A DNA stretch of 64,000 nucleotides. Source: Candidatus Eiseniibacteriota bacterium (GTDB lineage Bacteria; Eisenbacteria; RBG-16-71-46; SZUA-252). The translations under genes and the position numbers were made by a program. Below the pieces are notes generated by a model. The model was not told where the DNA came from, ran no database searches, and saw only the letters and a program-made list of their open reading frames with translations. Positions 49,900 to 60,116 of this stretch are shown here, piece by piece. The stretch covers positions 288,001-352,000 of the forward strand of contig OY969801.1 of NCBI GenBank assembly GCA_963703225.1. The letters run 5' to 3'. Numbering within the stretch: position 1 is the stretch's first letter; each line of letters starts with the position of its first letter.

Positions 49900-51625
49900 C
49901 GAAGAGGCGCGCGATGAGATCTTGATGTCGATCGGCCACCACCTTGCGCTTCACCTTGAGCGATGGTGTCAGGGAGCCGTTCTCGACGGAGAGATCGTCG
50001 GGGATCAGCTCGAACCGTTTCACCTTTTCGAATTGGGCGAGGCCGCTGTTCACGCGATCCACCTCCGCCGCCACCTCCTCGCGCGTCGCGCCTTTGGCCG
50101 GCACGATCAGCGCGGCGATGTACTTCCTTCCTTCACCCAGGACGAGGGCTTCCTGGATCTTGGGCGAGACCTTGAGCGCGTCCTCGATCATCTGGGGCGC
50201 CACCTTCTTCCCGCCCGAAGTTGCGATGAGGTCCTTCTTGCGATCGGTGATCCGGAGATGGCCGTCGGGATCCAGCGCGCCGATGTCGCCTGTGTAGAAC
50301 CAGCCATCCTGGAGCGCCGCCGCGGTATCCTGCGGACGATTCCAGTAGCCCTTCATCACGACGGGCCCACGGACCAGGATCTCGCCGTCCCCCGCGATCT
50401 TGACCTCGATGGTTTCGAAAAGGGGTCCGACGGTTCCGATTCGGAAGCTCTCGAATCGGTTCACGCAGATCGCCGAAGAAGTCTCGGTGAGCCCGTAGCC
50501 CTCAAAGATTGGCATCCCCACGCCATAGAAGAACAGCGCGATTTCTCGGTGGAGCGCGGCGCCTCCCGAGACCCGCAGCCGCACCCGGCCGCCGAGCCGG
50601 CCGCTCAGCCTTGCGTAGACGAGAAATCCGGCGAGCGCGTGCTGGAATGAGAGCCCTAAGCTCACCGCGGCGCGGGAATCGCGTCGCTCGGCCCATTCCA
50701 GTGCGACTTTGCGGCCCCAGCGGGAGAGGTTTGCCCGTGGGAACCCCATCGATTCGGAGACCTCGATCGCGCGCGCCTCCAGCTTCTCATAGAACCGCGG
50801 CACCGCGATGAGGATGGTGGGGCGAACTTCCAGGAGATTCACCGGCATGCGATCGGGCGATTCGGCGTAGGCGATGGTGGCCCCGGCCTGGATCATCGTG
50901 TAGAGCCCCGAGCAGCGCTCGAGGACGTGGCTCAAGGGGAGAAACGAGAGGTAGATATCCCGTGAGTTGACAGCCATGGCCCGAAGGGCGAGCGTCGCCT
51001 CGGAGGTCAGGTTTCCGTGCGTGAGCATGACCCCTTTGGGAGTGCCGGTGGTTCCGGAGGTGTAGATGATCGAGGCCAGCGTGTCGGGTCCGATGGCCGG
51101 CTCTGCGGCGGGCCCGATGGCCGGCTGGGCTCCGGGCGCGCTGGCGGAGCGCGCGCCAGGAACCGCGTTGTCTCCCCGCCGCTCTCCACCTCCCGCTTCC
51201 GGCAGCGCCTCCTCGTCAAAGCACCAGATCCATCGAATGGAGGGCGCGACGGCGCGGCTCGCTTCGATCTTTCCCTTCTGATCTCGATTCGAGACGAACG
51301 CAGCCACACATCCGGCATCGGCCAAGAGCGGCGCGACCTGGTTGGCGGGCAGCGAGGGGTAGATCGGCACGGTCACGGCGCCCACGGAGAGGATCGCCAT
51401 GTCCACCAGCGCCCACTCCAGCCGGCTCTCGCTCAAGATCGCGACACGGTCGCCATGGGCGATGCCCCGCACCCTGAGCGCGGAAATCAACAACTCGACG
51501 CGCGCGGCAACCGATGCCATCGCGACGGGCTCCCAACGGTCGCCGCGGCGGATGAGAAACGCGTCCCGCTTCTGATGCCGCTGAAGCGCCTCGCGGAGCA
51601 AATCCGGTATGGTTGTGGCGTCCAC
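49889..51625 (-). CDS. Long-chain fatty-acid--CoA ligase
   Basis: YTSGTTGTPKG, EGYGLTE, TGDIG and DRKKD; GTG at 51625 with GGAGG RBS. Confidence 0.9.
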   Translation of the reverse strand: MDATTIPDLLREALQRHQKRDAFLIRRGDRWEPVAMASVAARVELLISALRVRGIAHGDRVAILSESRLEWALVDMAILSVGAVTVPIYPSLPANQVAPLLADAGCVAAFVSNRDQKGKIEASRAVAPSIRWIWCFDEEALPEAGGGERRGDNAVPGARSASAPGAQPAIGPAAEPAIGPDTLASIIYTSGTTGTPKGVMLTHGNLTSEATLALRAMAVNSRDIYLSFLPLSHVLERCSGLYTMIQAGATIAYAESPDRMPVNLLEVRPTILIAVPRFYEKLEARAIEVSESMGFPRANLSRWGRKVALEWAERRDSRAAVSLGLSFQHALAGFLVYARLSGRLGGRVRLRVSGGAALHREIALFFYGVGMPIFEGYGLTETSSAICVNRFESFRIGTVGPLFETIEVKIAGDGEILVRGPVVMKGYWNRPQDTAAALQDGWFYTGDIGALDPDGHLRITDRKKDLIATSGGKKVAPQMIEDALKVSPKIQEALVLGEGRKYIAALIVPAKGATREEVAAEVDRVNSGLAQFEKVKRFELIPDDLSVENGSLTPSLKVKRKVVADRHQDLIARLFDGA

Positions 51626-51714
51626 TCGTTGACCTCCCTCGGTCACTGTGACACACTCCGGCAACCGGTGGCTACCTCCGACCGCACCTCGCCACTCTGC
51701 TGAGCGCGCCGATC

Positions 51715-53001
51715 ATGCATGAAGTGGTTCTCATGGATGGGTTCCGCACGCCGTTCGCCAAGGCGGGAACCGCGCTCGCTTCCGTCCCTGCTCGAGAGCT
51801 GGGCCGCATCGCGGTCACCGAGCTGTTGGCGCGGCACGGCGTCGATCCCGCGCAGGTCGACGAGGTGATCCTCGGCAACGTCGCCCAACCCTCCGATTCC
51901 ACGAATATCGCCCGCGTCGTCGCGCTCCTTTCGGGGATTCCCGAGCGCGCGCCTGCCGTCACGGTGCAGCGCAATTGCGCTTCGGGGATGGAGGCGATCT
52001 CGCTGGCGCACGACCGGATCGCCGCGGGATACGCCGAGCTGATCGTCGCGGGCGGCACCGAATCAATGAGCCAGATCCCGCTCTACATGAGCGATCGCAT
52101 GACCCGCACGTTCGAGCGGCTGGCGCGCGCCAAGACGATCGGCGAGCGCGTCGCCGCGATCGCGGGGGCGCGTCCCGGAGATCTCAAGCCTCGCGTCGCG
52201 CTTCTCGAAGGGCTCACCGATCCGGTTTCGGGGCTCAACATGGGGGAGACCGCGGAAGTTCTCGCCAAGGAGTTCGGCATCAGCCGCGAAGCGCAGGATG
52301 ACTTCGCGCTCCAGAGCCACCGGCGCGCGGTGGCCGCGATGGACGCGGGGCGCTTTGCCGAGGAGATCGTTCCCGTCTTCGCGCCGCCCTACAAGCAGGC
52401 GGTGCTGGAGGACGTGGGCCCGCGGCGCAATCAATCGCTCGAGGCGTTGGCCAAGCTCCGACCCTACTTCGATCGCAAGAACGGAACCGTCACGCCCGGG
52501 AATTCCTGCGGCATCACCGACGGCGCCGCGGCCGTAATCGTCGCTTCGGTCGAGAAGGCGCGCTCTCTGGGGCTCAAGCCGGCGGGCCGGATCCGGGGCG
52601 CCGCCTTTGTCGGGCTCGATCCGGCGCGGATGGGATTGGGGCCGACGCACGCCGCGCCGGTGGCGCTCCGCCGCGCGGGCGTCCGGTTCTCCGAAATCGG
52701 GTTGATCGAGATCAACGAGGCGTTCGCGGCGCAGGTGATCGCGAACGAGATCGCGATGGCATCGGCCAAGTACTGCCGGGAGAAGCTCGGCCTGGACGGC
52801 CCGATCGGCGAGATCGATCGCTCTCGATTGAACGTGAACGGCGGCGCGATCGCGCTGGGACACCCGGTCGGGGTCTCGGGAACCCGGTTGGTGCTCACCC
52901 TGCTCCGTGAAATGAAGCGGCGCGACGTGCCGCTGGGGCTCGCCACGCTCTGCGTGGGTGGGGGCCAGGGCGGCGCCATGGTGCTGGAGCGGGCCGCTTG
53001 A
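51715..53001 (+). CDS. Acetyl-CoA C-acyltransferase (thiolase, FadI/FadA-like)
   Basis: RNCASG, NEAFA, GHPVG and CVGGGQG. Confidence 0.92.
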   Translation: MHEVVLMDGFRTPFAKAGTALASVPARELGRIAVTELLARHGVDPAQVDEVILGNVAQPSDSTNIARVVALLSGIPERAPAVTVQRNCASGMEAISLAHDRIAAGYAELIVAGGTESMSQIPLYMSDRMTRTFERLARAKTIGERVAAIAGARPGDLKPRVALLEGLTDPVSGLNMGETAEVLAKEFGISREAQDDFALQSHRRAVAAMDAGRFAEEIVPVFAPPYKQAVLEDVGPRRNQSLEALAKLRPYFDRKNGTVTPGNSCGITDGAAAVIVASVEKARSLGLKPAGRIRGAAFVGLDPARMGLGPTHAAPVALRRAGVRFSEIGLIEINEAFAAQVIANEIAMASAKYCREKLGLDGPIGEIDRSRLNVNGGAIALGHPVGVSGTRLVLTLLREMKRRDVPLGLATLCVGGGQGGAMVLERAA

Positions 53002-55154
53002 GCATGGCCCTCTTCGAGCCGGAGCAGGCCGCCGAGCCGACCTCCTTCGGTCCGGTGCGCCTCGAGGCGCATCCGTCCGGCATCGTGATCCTCTGGCTCG
53101 ACGATCCGGCGCGGAAGGTGAATCTCTTGGACACCGCGAGCCTCGACGCGCTGGGGCGCGTGCTGGCCGCGCTCAAGCAACGTCCGTCGCCCCCTCGCGC
53201 GCTCGTCCTCGCCTCGGGCAAGGAGGGGCAGTTCATCGCGGGCGCGGACGTGACCGAGTTCGACCGGATCCAAACTCCCGCCGAAGCGGAGACAAAGGTC
53301 AAAGAAGCGCAGCTGCTCTTTGAGGAATACGCGCAGCTCCCCTATCCGAGAGTCGCCGCGATCGACGGTCCATGCCTAGGAGGCGGCACGGAGCTGGCGC
53401 TCGCGATGAGCCACCGGCTGGCGTCCGACCGGCGCTCCACGGTGATCGGGCTCCCGGAGGTGAAGCTGGGAATTCTCCCCGGCTTTGGCGGCTCGCAGCG
53501 CCTTCCCAAGCTGATCGGGTTCACCCAGGCGCTCACGCTCATTCTCTCCGGCCGCGCGATCGATCCGTACAAGGCGCGGAAGCTGGGTCTCGCGGACGAT
53601 GTCCTTCCGCATGAGCGCTTTGTTCCTCGCGCGATCGAGTGGACCGAAGCGCTCCTCGCCGATCCCAAATCGCGGCGCCGCCGGGGTCCGTCGGCTGTCC
53701 ATCGCGTGCTTCAATCACTTCCGTTTGTCCGCTCGTTCGCGCTCGGCGAAGCGCGGAAGAGCGTCGACCGCCAGACAGGCGGCCACTACCCGGCGCCCTA
53801 CGAGATCATCCGCGTCTTGGGGGCGACGTGGGGCAAACGAATCGCCGACGGGCTCAAGATCGAGCGAAAGTCGGTCTCCAAGCTCCTCTTCACCCCCGAG
53901 TCGATCAACCTCAGGCGCATCTTCATGCTGGGGGAGGAGGCGAAGCGGACTCCCGCCGCGGCAGAGGCGCGGGGGGTGGAGTCGGCCGCGGTCTTCGGTG
54001 CCGGGGTGATGGGAGGGGAGATCGCCTATCTCTTCAGCCAGAGCGACGTCCGCGTCCGTCTCCGCGACCTCAAGCCGGAGCCCATCCTCCACTCGCTCGC
54101 CCACGCGCGTTCGCTCTTCGACCGTGAGGTCGCGCGGCGCAAGCTGACCCCGGCCGAGGTGCGGCGCGCCATGGCGCGAATCGAGCCGGCGCTCGATCTG
54201 AGCGGACTCCGGCGCATCGACCTGGCGCTGGAGGCGGTGGTGGAGGATCTGTCGGTGAAGCAATCGCTCTTCCGCGACGTCGAGGCGCAAACCTCGGACA
54301 CGTGCATCCTGGCGACCAACACCTCTTCGCTCTCGATCCAGGCCATCTCGCGCGGCCTTCGACGGCCGGGGCGGCTGGTGGGGATGCACTTCTTCAATCC
54401 CGCCGCGCGGATGCCGCTCGTCGAAGTGGTGCGGATCGACGGGACCGATCGGGACGCGGTCGACACCGTGATCGCGCTGGCCCGCCGGCTCAAGAAGACG
54501 CCGGTGCTCGTGAACGACGCGCCCGGGTTCCTCGTGAATCGGGTCCTGATGCCGTACCTGAGCGAGGCCGTCGGGATGGTCGAGCGGGGCAATGGAATCG
54601 TCGCGATCGACCGGGAGCTTCGAAGGTTCGGAATGCCGCTCGGTCCCCTCGAGTTATTGGACGAGATCGGCCTCGACGTGGCGCGCAAGGTGGCGCACGT
54701 GCTGGACGAGGCGTTTGTGGGGAGAAGCAGCCCGGTCGGCATGATCGACCGGCTCGTCTCGGCGGGATCCCTGGGCAAGAAGACGGGGCTCGGATTCTAC
54801 CGGTACGAGAAGGGTGTGCGTCGTGGGATCAACCCCGCGCTCCGCGCCGCGGCGGCGGCGACGACAACGCCGCCGCAGGAAATCTGCGATCGCTTGATCG
54901 ACGCGATGGTGAACGAGGCGGCCATGGCGCTGGACGAGGGCGTGGTCGCGAGGCCGGACGACGTCGACCTGGCGATGGTCTACGGGACCGGCTTCCCTCC
55001 GTTCCGCGGCGGTTTGCTCCGCCACGCCGATGCGGTCGGTATCAGCACAATTGTCGCCAGGTTGATGAGACGGCAGCAGGAGGGCGCGCCGACGGGTCCC
55101 TGCGGACGACTGCAGCGGATGGGGCTTGGGAATGAGCGTTTCTACGCTCGGTGA
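52998..55154 (+). CDS. Fatty-acid oxidation complex alpha subunit (FadJ/FadB-like)
   Basis: FIAGAD, LGGGTE, LPEVKLG, GAGVMG, GMHFFNP and GFPPFRGG. Confidence 0.92.
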   Translation: MSMALFEPEQAAEPTSFGPVRLEAHPSGIVILWLDDPARKVNLLDTASLDALGRVLAALKQRPSPPRALVLASGKEGQFIAGADVTEFDRIQTPAEAETKVKEAQLLFEEYAQLPYPRVAAIDGPCLGGGTELALAMSHRLASDRRSTVIGLPEVKLGILPGFGGSQRLPKLIGFTQALTLILSGRAIDPYKARKLGLADDVLPHERFVPRAIEWTEALLADPKSRRRRGPSAVHRVLQSLPFVRSFALGEARKSVDRQTGGHYPAPYEIIRVLGATWGKRIADGLKIERKSVSKLLFTPESINLRRIFMLGEEAKRTPAAAEARGVESAAVFGAGVMGGEIAYLFSQSDVRVRLRDLKPEPILHSLAHARSLFDREVARRKLTPAEVRRAMARIEPALDLSGLRRIDLALEAVVEDLSVKQSLFRDVEAQTSDTCILATNTSSLSIQAISRGLRRPGRLVGMHFFNPAARMPLVEVVRIDGTDRDAVDTVIALARRLKKTPVLVNDAPGFLVNRVLMPYLSEAVGMVERGNGIVAIDRELRRFGMPLGPLELLDEIGLDVARKVAHVLDEAFVGRSSPVGMIDRLVSAGSLGKKTGLGFYRYEKGVRRGINPALRAAAAATTTPPQEICDRLIDAMVNEAAMALDEGVVARPDDVDLAMVYGTGFPPFRGGLLRHADAVGISTIVARLMRRQQEGAPTGPCGRLQRMGLGNERFYAR

Positions 55155-55202
55155 GCGCGAGGAACGGGCGGCCCTGCCGCGAACGATCGTGAGGAGGACA
55201 AC

Positions 55203-55691
55203 GTGCCGAACGTGATGGGCGTGCTTCGGGCCGAGATTCGCCGACTGGCGCGCAAGGAAACGAGGCAGGAGCTGGCGACGCTGAAGAAGCAGGTCAACTC
55301 GATGCGGAGCCGGCTGGCGCAAGCGAGACGCCGGATTCAGGACCTGGAATTCAAGGCGAAGCGCGCGGGGCGCGGGATGGTCGGGGCGATCGCGGCCACC
55401 GCCGCGGGTACCGGCCGGCAGGTCCGGTTCTCGCCCGCGTGGGTCAGGCAGCATCGCAGCAAGCTCGGCATGAGCCGCCAGGCATACGCCAAGCTGATCG
55501 GCGTCTCCGCTCAGTCGATCTTGGGCTGGGAATCGGGGCGCACCCGGCCGCGGCGGAGCGCGCTCCAGACGTGGCGTTCGCTCCGGGGCAAGGGCGTGCG
55601 GGAGATCAAGGCGATGGTGGTCGTCGCGCGGGCGCAGGCGCGCCGCCCCCGTCTGCGTGTCCGGCTCCGCCGCCGCGCCAAGAAGAAGTAG
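55203..55691 (+). CDS. Coiled-coil plus XRE-type HTH protein
   Basis: LRAEIRRLARKE and RSKLGMSRQAYAKLIGVSAQSILGWESG. Confidence 0.75.
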   Translation: MPNVMGVLRAEIRRLARKETRQELATLKKQVNSMRSRLAQARRRIQDLEFKAKRAGRGMVGAIAATAAGTGRQVRFSPAWVRQHRSKLGMSRQAYAKLIGVSAQSILGWESGRTRPRRSALQTWRSLRGKGVREIKAMVVVARAQARRPRLRVRLRRRAKKK

Positions 55692-55702
55692 GTCTCGCCC
55701 GA

Positions 55703-56473
55703 ATGAACGACACCCGCGACCTCGTGCGGCGGCAGTTTGGGGCGCACGCCGACCGTTACGTCAATAGCCCCGAGCACGCCAAGGGCGAGAGCCTCGACCG
55801 GCTGCTCGCCCTCGCGGCGCCCCGCGCGGACTGGCGTGTCCTCGACGTGGCCACCGGAGGCGGGCATACCGCGCTCGCGGTGGCGCCCCGCGTGCGAGAA
55901 GTCGTGGCCACCGACCTCACGCCCGAGATGGTCAAGGCCGCGCGCGTTTTCATCTCGTCCAAGGGCGTCACGAACGTGCAATTTCGCGAGGCCGACGCGA
56001 TGGCCCTCCCGTTTGGGGACGGCGAATTCGACATGGTCACCTGCCGGATCGCTCCGCATCATTTCCCCGACATTCCCGGTTTCCTACGGGAGGCGTACCG
56101 CGTGCTCAAACGGGGCGGCATCGCCATTGTCATCGACAACGTGGTGCCCGAGGAGCCGGTGGCCGCCAAGTACGTCAATGAATTCGAGAGGGTGCGTGAC
56201 CCCAGTCACAATTGGTCCCACCCGGAGTCCGACTGGGAGCGATTTTTTCGCGACGCCGGCTTCGGCGATCTCCACGTCGAGTTCTTCCGCAAGGCGCGTG
56301 ACTTTGAGGAGTGGACCGGCCGGACCTCGGCCGACGACGAGACGAAGGACCGCCTCCGCGAGATGCTGGCGGAGGCGCCGCCAACCGCTCGCTACGCGCT
56401 GGCGCCGGAGAGCCGGAACGGGGCGCTTCGCTTCTACCTGGATGAGATTCTGATTCGGGGAACGAAGAGCTAG
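55703..56473 (+). CDS. Class I SAM-dependent methyltransferase
   Basis: VLDVATGGG, LPFGDGEFD, APHHF and RDPSH. Confidence 0.88.
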   Translation: MNDTRDLVRRQFGAHADRYVNSPEHAKGESLDRLLALAAPRADWRVLDVATGGGHTALAVAPRVREVVATDLTPEMVKAARVFISSKGVTNVQFREADAMALPFGDGEFDMVTCRIAPHHFPDIPGFLREAYRVLKRGGIAIVIDNVVPEEPVAAKYVNEFERVRDPSHNWSHPESDWERFFRDAGFGDLHVEFFRKARDFEEWTGRTSADDETKDRLREMLAEAPPTARYALAPESRNGALRFYLDEILIRGTKS

Positions 56474-57240
56474 CGCGATTTGGTTGGATTCGAGCGAAGC
56501 CACTGCACGTAGGCCCACAGCGCGTCCACGTCGCCCGGCTCTAAGTGAACGCGGTAGGCCGGCATCTTGAGGGCCGCCCGCCGAAGAAAGAACTGGGCGA
56601 GCGAGTTGTGGCGGAATCGCTCGCCCACGCCATTCTCGACCCACTCTCCGAACTCGGTTCGGCTTTGCACCAGATCGGTGAAATCGGGGCCATCCCAGGG
56701 CGGGACGTACCCCTTGAGCGATCCGGGATTGGGTCGCGAGAGACGACCGCCCACGCCGTGGCAGCCGATACAGCCGAGCGCGTGCGCGCGATCTCGTCCG
56801 AAGGTCGCAACCGAATCGTCGGGTGAGGGCATCCCGGACGACGCCATCACGAACGCGACGAGATCATCGATCTTTCGTTTGGGGAGTCGTTTTCCGTAGG
56901 CGGGCATCCTGAGGACTCCGCGCCGCCGGTCCTCCAGCCACGACTTGCTCTTCCATCGAGCCTCCGTCCCCCCGTCGGTGATCCAATCCCGGACCTCCTC
57001 CTCGTTCTCCGCGTACATCATCAGCGATCCTTCGTAGTCGGGAACTCTCCTCTCGGGGCGCCCGGGATTGTAGACGCCCCGAATTCCCTCGGGACCGTGG
57101 CAGGCGAAGCAGCCGTTCGCCTCGGCAATGCGGCGACCACGCTCGACCGCGGTGAGCCTGGGGCGCAGGACCATCACGGCGAGCGCAAGGACGCTCAGGA
57201 GGGCGGCGAGCGCGGCGATTAGGATGCGGCGGAGCTTCAA
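56470..57240 (-). CDS. Membrane-anchored di-heme cytochrome c
   Basis: CFACH and CIGCH with MPAY distal ligands; N-terminal transmembrane segment. Confidence 0.85.
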   Translation of the reverse strand: MKLRRILIAALAALLSVLALAVMVLRPRLTAVERGRRIAEANGCFACHGPEGIRGVYNPGRPERRVPDYEGSLMMYAENEEEVRDWITDGGTEARWKSKSWLEDRRRGVLRMPAYGKRLPKRKIDDLVAFVMASSGMPSPDDSVATFGRDRAHALGCIGCHGVGGRLSRPNPGSLKGYVPPWDGPDFTDLVQSRTEFGEWVENGVGERFRHNSLAQFFLRRAALKMPAYRVHLEPGDVDALWAYVQWLRSNPTKSR

Positions 57241-57246
57241 GGATTC

Positions 57247-57287
57247 AAAAACGCGCGCGGAATTCCAGTTTCATCCCGCGCGCGTTT
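57247..57287 (-). terminator. Stem-loop / possible terminator or attenuator
   Basis: AAACGCGCGCGG...CCGCGCGCGTTT with a short T-tract on the minus strand. Confidence 0.45.
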
Positions 57288-57299
57288 GGAAGATTGGAG

Positions 57300-57713
57300 C
57301 TAATTCGCGGTGGTCGCGGCGGCCGGTGCGGCCTTGGCCGACGCGATTTCCATCGACTTGATCCCGCCCCGCTCGTAAACCATGCCGGTCGCGACGATCT
57401 TGTCGCCGGCCAATTCCTTTGCCTTGTTGAAGGCATCTTTGTTCTCATGCTGCGGCATGAGGACATAGACCACCCCCTTGTCGGTCAAAAGCCCGATCGG
57501 CGATCCACCGGCGGCGCACATCGCGGCGCACTGCTTGTGCTTCTCCCCCGAAGCGGCGTGACCCAGGTAGCAGCTCAGATCGACGACCTCGCCCGTGAGC
57601 GTCACCGGCTTCTGCGCCGCTTCGGCCTTCTTCTCTTCCGCGGCGTTCGCGATCGCAAAGCCTACAAGTGCTACGACGGACGCGAGCACCAGAACACCCT
57701 TTAGCCGCTTCAT
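57300..57713 (-). CDS. Secreted small protein with Cys/His motifs (OB-fold-like)
   Basis: Signal peptide; TLTGEVVDLSCY and HKQCAAMC..GG.PIG. Confidence 0.7.
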   Translation of the reverse strand: MKRLKGVLVLASVVALVGFAIANAAEEKKAEAAQKPVTLTGEVVDLSCYLGHAASGEKHKQCAAMCAAGGSPIGLLTDKGVVYVLMPQHENKDAFNKAKELAGDKIVATGMVYERGGIKSMEIASAKAAPAAATTAN

Positions 57714-57756
57714 CTGGATCCTCCTTGATTGCTTGCCGGGACGGTGGCCATTCGGC

Positions 57757-59142
57757 TCAGCGCTCCGGCCGACTTGTTGGAACCTCTTGATGGTACTCAC
57801 CAGGGTTGGGGGGCGCAACAGCCGACTCCGGCGCCGAGAGGGACAAGTTCAGCTCCTCGTCGGAAAGAATCTGCCGCCGGTTCATGATCTGGGAGGTGTC
57901 GTGCTCGAAGAGCATGTGCGTGAGATGGTCCAGCCCGACCTCGATCTGCTTCCGGAACCCCACCATCTTCACGAGGTAGGCCCCCGCCCAGAGAAGCCAC
58001 GCGAGCTTGCCGGAGAGGGGGATGCCAAACAGCTCGAGCACCGAGCTGTGCTTTCCGAGGGAGATGATGTACCCGGCGTCCTTGAAGCGGAAGGGCGGGA
58101 CGATCTTCCCTTCCGCCTGCCGCACGAGCGAATCACCCAGGTAGCTGCCCATGGCGACGGCGGTCTGGGAGAGGGCGGGCTGAAACTTCCCGTCGGGACG
58201 CAGAGACGCGGCGCAGTCGCCGAGGACGTAGGTCCCCGGCTCGGGCCGTCCTTCAGGGTCGAGGGCCAGGAGATACTGGTCGACGCGCACGCGCCCGTCC
58301 GGCGCGTGAGAGAGCGGAAGCTCCCGCACCACCTCCGGCGGATGGACCCCCGCCGTCCAGATGATCGTGAAGGCGTCCATCATGCCGCCGTCGGCGAGAT
58401 GGAGGCGCTTTGGCTCGACGCGGCGCACGAACGCGCCCAGCCGGATCACCGCTCCGCGGCGCTCGAGGAAGCGGTGGACGTACGACGAGTGCTCGGGACG
58501 CGCGGACGGCACGATTCGGTCGCCCCCTTCCAAGACCGTCACCGAGAGGTCCGAGGCGCTGATATTGGGATACCTTGGAAGAAGCGTCTCGCGCGCCATC
58601 TCGATCAATTCGGCGGCTACCTCCACGCCGGTGACCCCTCCGCCGACGACGGCGAAGGTGAGCAGCCGGCGACGCTGCGCCGGCGATTCCGCCTGCTCGG
58701 CCATCTCGAACAGCTCCACCACCCGTGCCCGAAACGCCATGGCGTCGACGATGGTCTTGAAGGTGCGCGTATTCTCCTCGGCACCGGGCACGCTGTAGTA
58801 GTTCGTGACGCTTCCCATGGCAATCACCAGGGAGTCGTACGGCTCGACCAGATTGTTGTGGAGGTGGACCTCGCGTTTCGCCAGGTCGATCCGCATCGCC
58901 TTGTTCTTGTGAAATCGAATTCGGCGGTGCCGCGCCATCTCGCGGAGCGGGTAGACGATGTGTCTCGTCTCGACGGAGCCGACGGCGACCGCGGGGAGAA
59001 GCGGGTTGAACTGGAAGAAGTTTTCCTTGTCGACGAGGAGCGTGTCCCAGTACTCGCGGGCCGCTTGCGACCGCCCGACGGCGCGGGCGACGTCGAGCCC
59101 GGCAAATCCACCACCCAGGATTACAAGTCGACGCTTCGCCAT
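57757..59142 (-). CDS. ndh: Type II NADH:quinone oxidoreductase
   Basis: ILGGGFAG, FNPLL, VVGGGVTGVE, IWTAGV and LGDCA. Confidence 0.85.
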   Translation of the reverse strand: MAKRRLVILGGGFAGLDVARAVGRSQAAREYWDTLLVDKENFFQFNPLLPAVAVGSVETRHIVYPLREMARHRRIRFHKNKAMRIDLAKREVHLHNNLVEPYDSLVIAMGSVTNYYSVPGAEENTRTFKTIVDAMAFRARVVELFEMAEQAESPAQRRRLLTFAVVGGGVTGVEVAAELIEMARETLLPRYPNISASDLSVTVLEGGDRIVPSARPEHSSYVHRFLERRGAVIRLGAFVRRVEPKRLHLADGGMMDAFTIIWTAGVHPPEVVRELPLSHAPDGRVRVDQYLLALDPEGRPEPGTYVLGDCAASLRPDGKFQPALSQTAVAMGSYLGDSLVRQAEGKIVPPFRFKDAGYIISLGKHSSVLELFGIPLSGKLAWLLWAGAYLVKMVGFRKQIEVGLDHLTHMLFEHDTSQIMNRRQILSDEELNLSLSAPESAVAPPNPGEYHQEVPTSRPER

Positions 59143-59173
59143 GGGGCCAGAATAGCACTCCGCCGAGCGATAC

Positions 59174-60073
59174 CTATCTCAGGGCTGCCCGCAGCGCTCC
59201 CTCTAATTTTGGATGCTGGAATTCGAACCCCGATCCCGTCAACCGCGCGGGCTCGGCGCGCTGACTCGTGAGCAATAGCTCGTCGGCCATCTCGCCGAGC
59301 AGGAGCCGGAGGGCAAAGGCTGGAGCGGGGAGGATCGTCGGACGATTGAGCACGCTTCCCAAGTCTCGGGTGAACTCGGCGTTGGTGACCGGATGGGGGG
59401 AGACGGCGTTGATCGGTCCGCTCAGGCTCTCGTTTTCGAGAATGTGGACGATGGCCCGCACGAGATCTTCGAGCGCGATCCAGCTCATGTACTGCCGCCC
59501 GTTCCCCAGCCTGCCGCCGAGACCGAGACGAAACGGGAGCGCGATTGCCGGCAGGGCTCCTCCCGTGCCGCTCAGCGCCATTCCGATCCGAATCCTCGCG
59601 AGACGAATCCGGGCCTTCGACAGCGCCTCGGCGGGAGCAGCTTCCCACGCCGTGCAGACCTCGGCGAGAAACCCTGCGCCTCGATTCGAATCCTCTTGAA
59701 GGATCTCGTCACCGCGACTCCCGTAGTAGCCCACGCCGGAGGCGGAGACAAAGACGCGGGGCGGCGGCGTCAGCTTGGCAACGGCGTCCGCGAGGAGCGA
59801 GGTGGAGCGGACCCGGCTTTCCAAGATGCGTCGCTTGTGCGCCGCGTTCCACGGCCATCGGGCGATCGAGGCGCCGGCGAGATTCACGACGGCGTCGAGT
59901 CCTTGGAGCCGCCCGACTTCGATCGATCCGGCATCCGGATTCCACGCGATCTCGGAGTGGTCGCGCGGCGGGCGACCCCGCACGAGGTTGATCGGTCGGT
60001 GGCCTTGAGAAGCGAGAGATGAGACGAGGGTGGTGCCGATCATCCCGCTCGCGCCGCTCACAAGGACGTTCAC
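59174..60073 (-). CDS. TIGR01777 family (YfcH-like) NAD-dependent epimerase
   Basis: SGASGMIG, NLAGASI, SASGVGYYG and GGRLGNGRQYMSWI. Confidence 0.9.
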   Translation of the reverse strand: MNVLVSGASGMIGTTLVSSLASQGHRPINLVRGRPPRDHSEIAWNPDAGSIEVGRLQGLDAVVNLAGASIARWPWNAAHKRRILESRVRSTSLLADAVAKLTPPPRVFVSASGVGYYGSRGDEILQEDSNRGAGFLAEVCTAWEAAPAEALSKARIRLARIRIGMALSGTGGALPAIALPFRLGLGGRLGNGRQYMSWIALEDLVRAIVHILENESLSGPINAVSPHPVTNAEFTRDLGSVLNRPTILPAPAFALRLLLGEMADELLLTSQRAEPARLTGSGFEFQHPKLEGALRAALR

Positions 60074-60116
60074 GCGCGGGATTGTAGCCGATCGCGCCGG
60101 TTGGTAGCCTCGCGCC

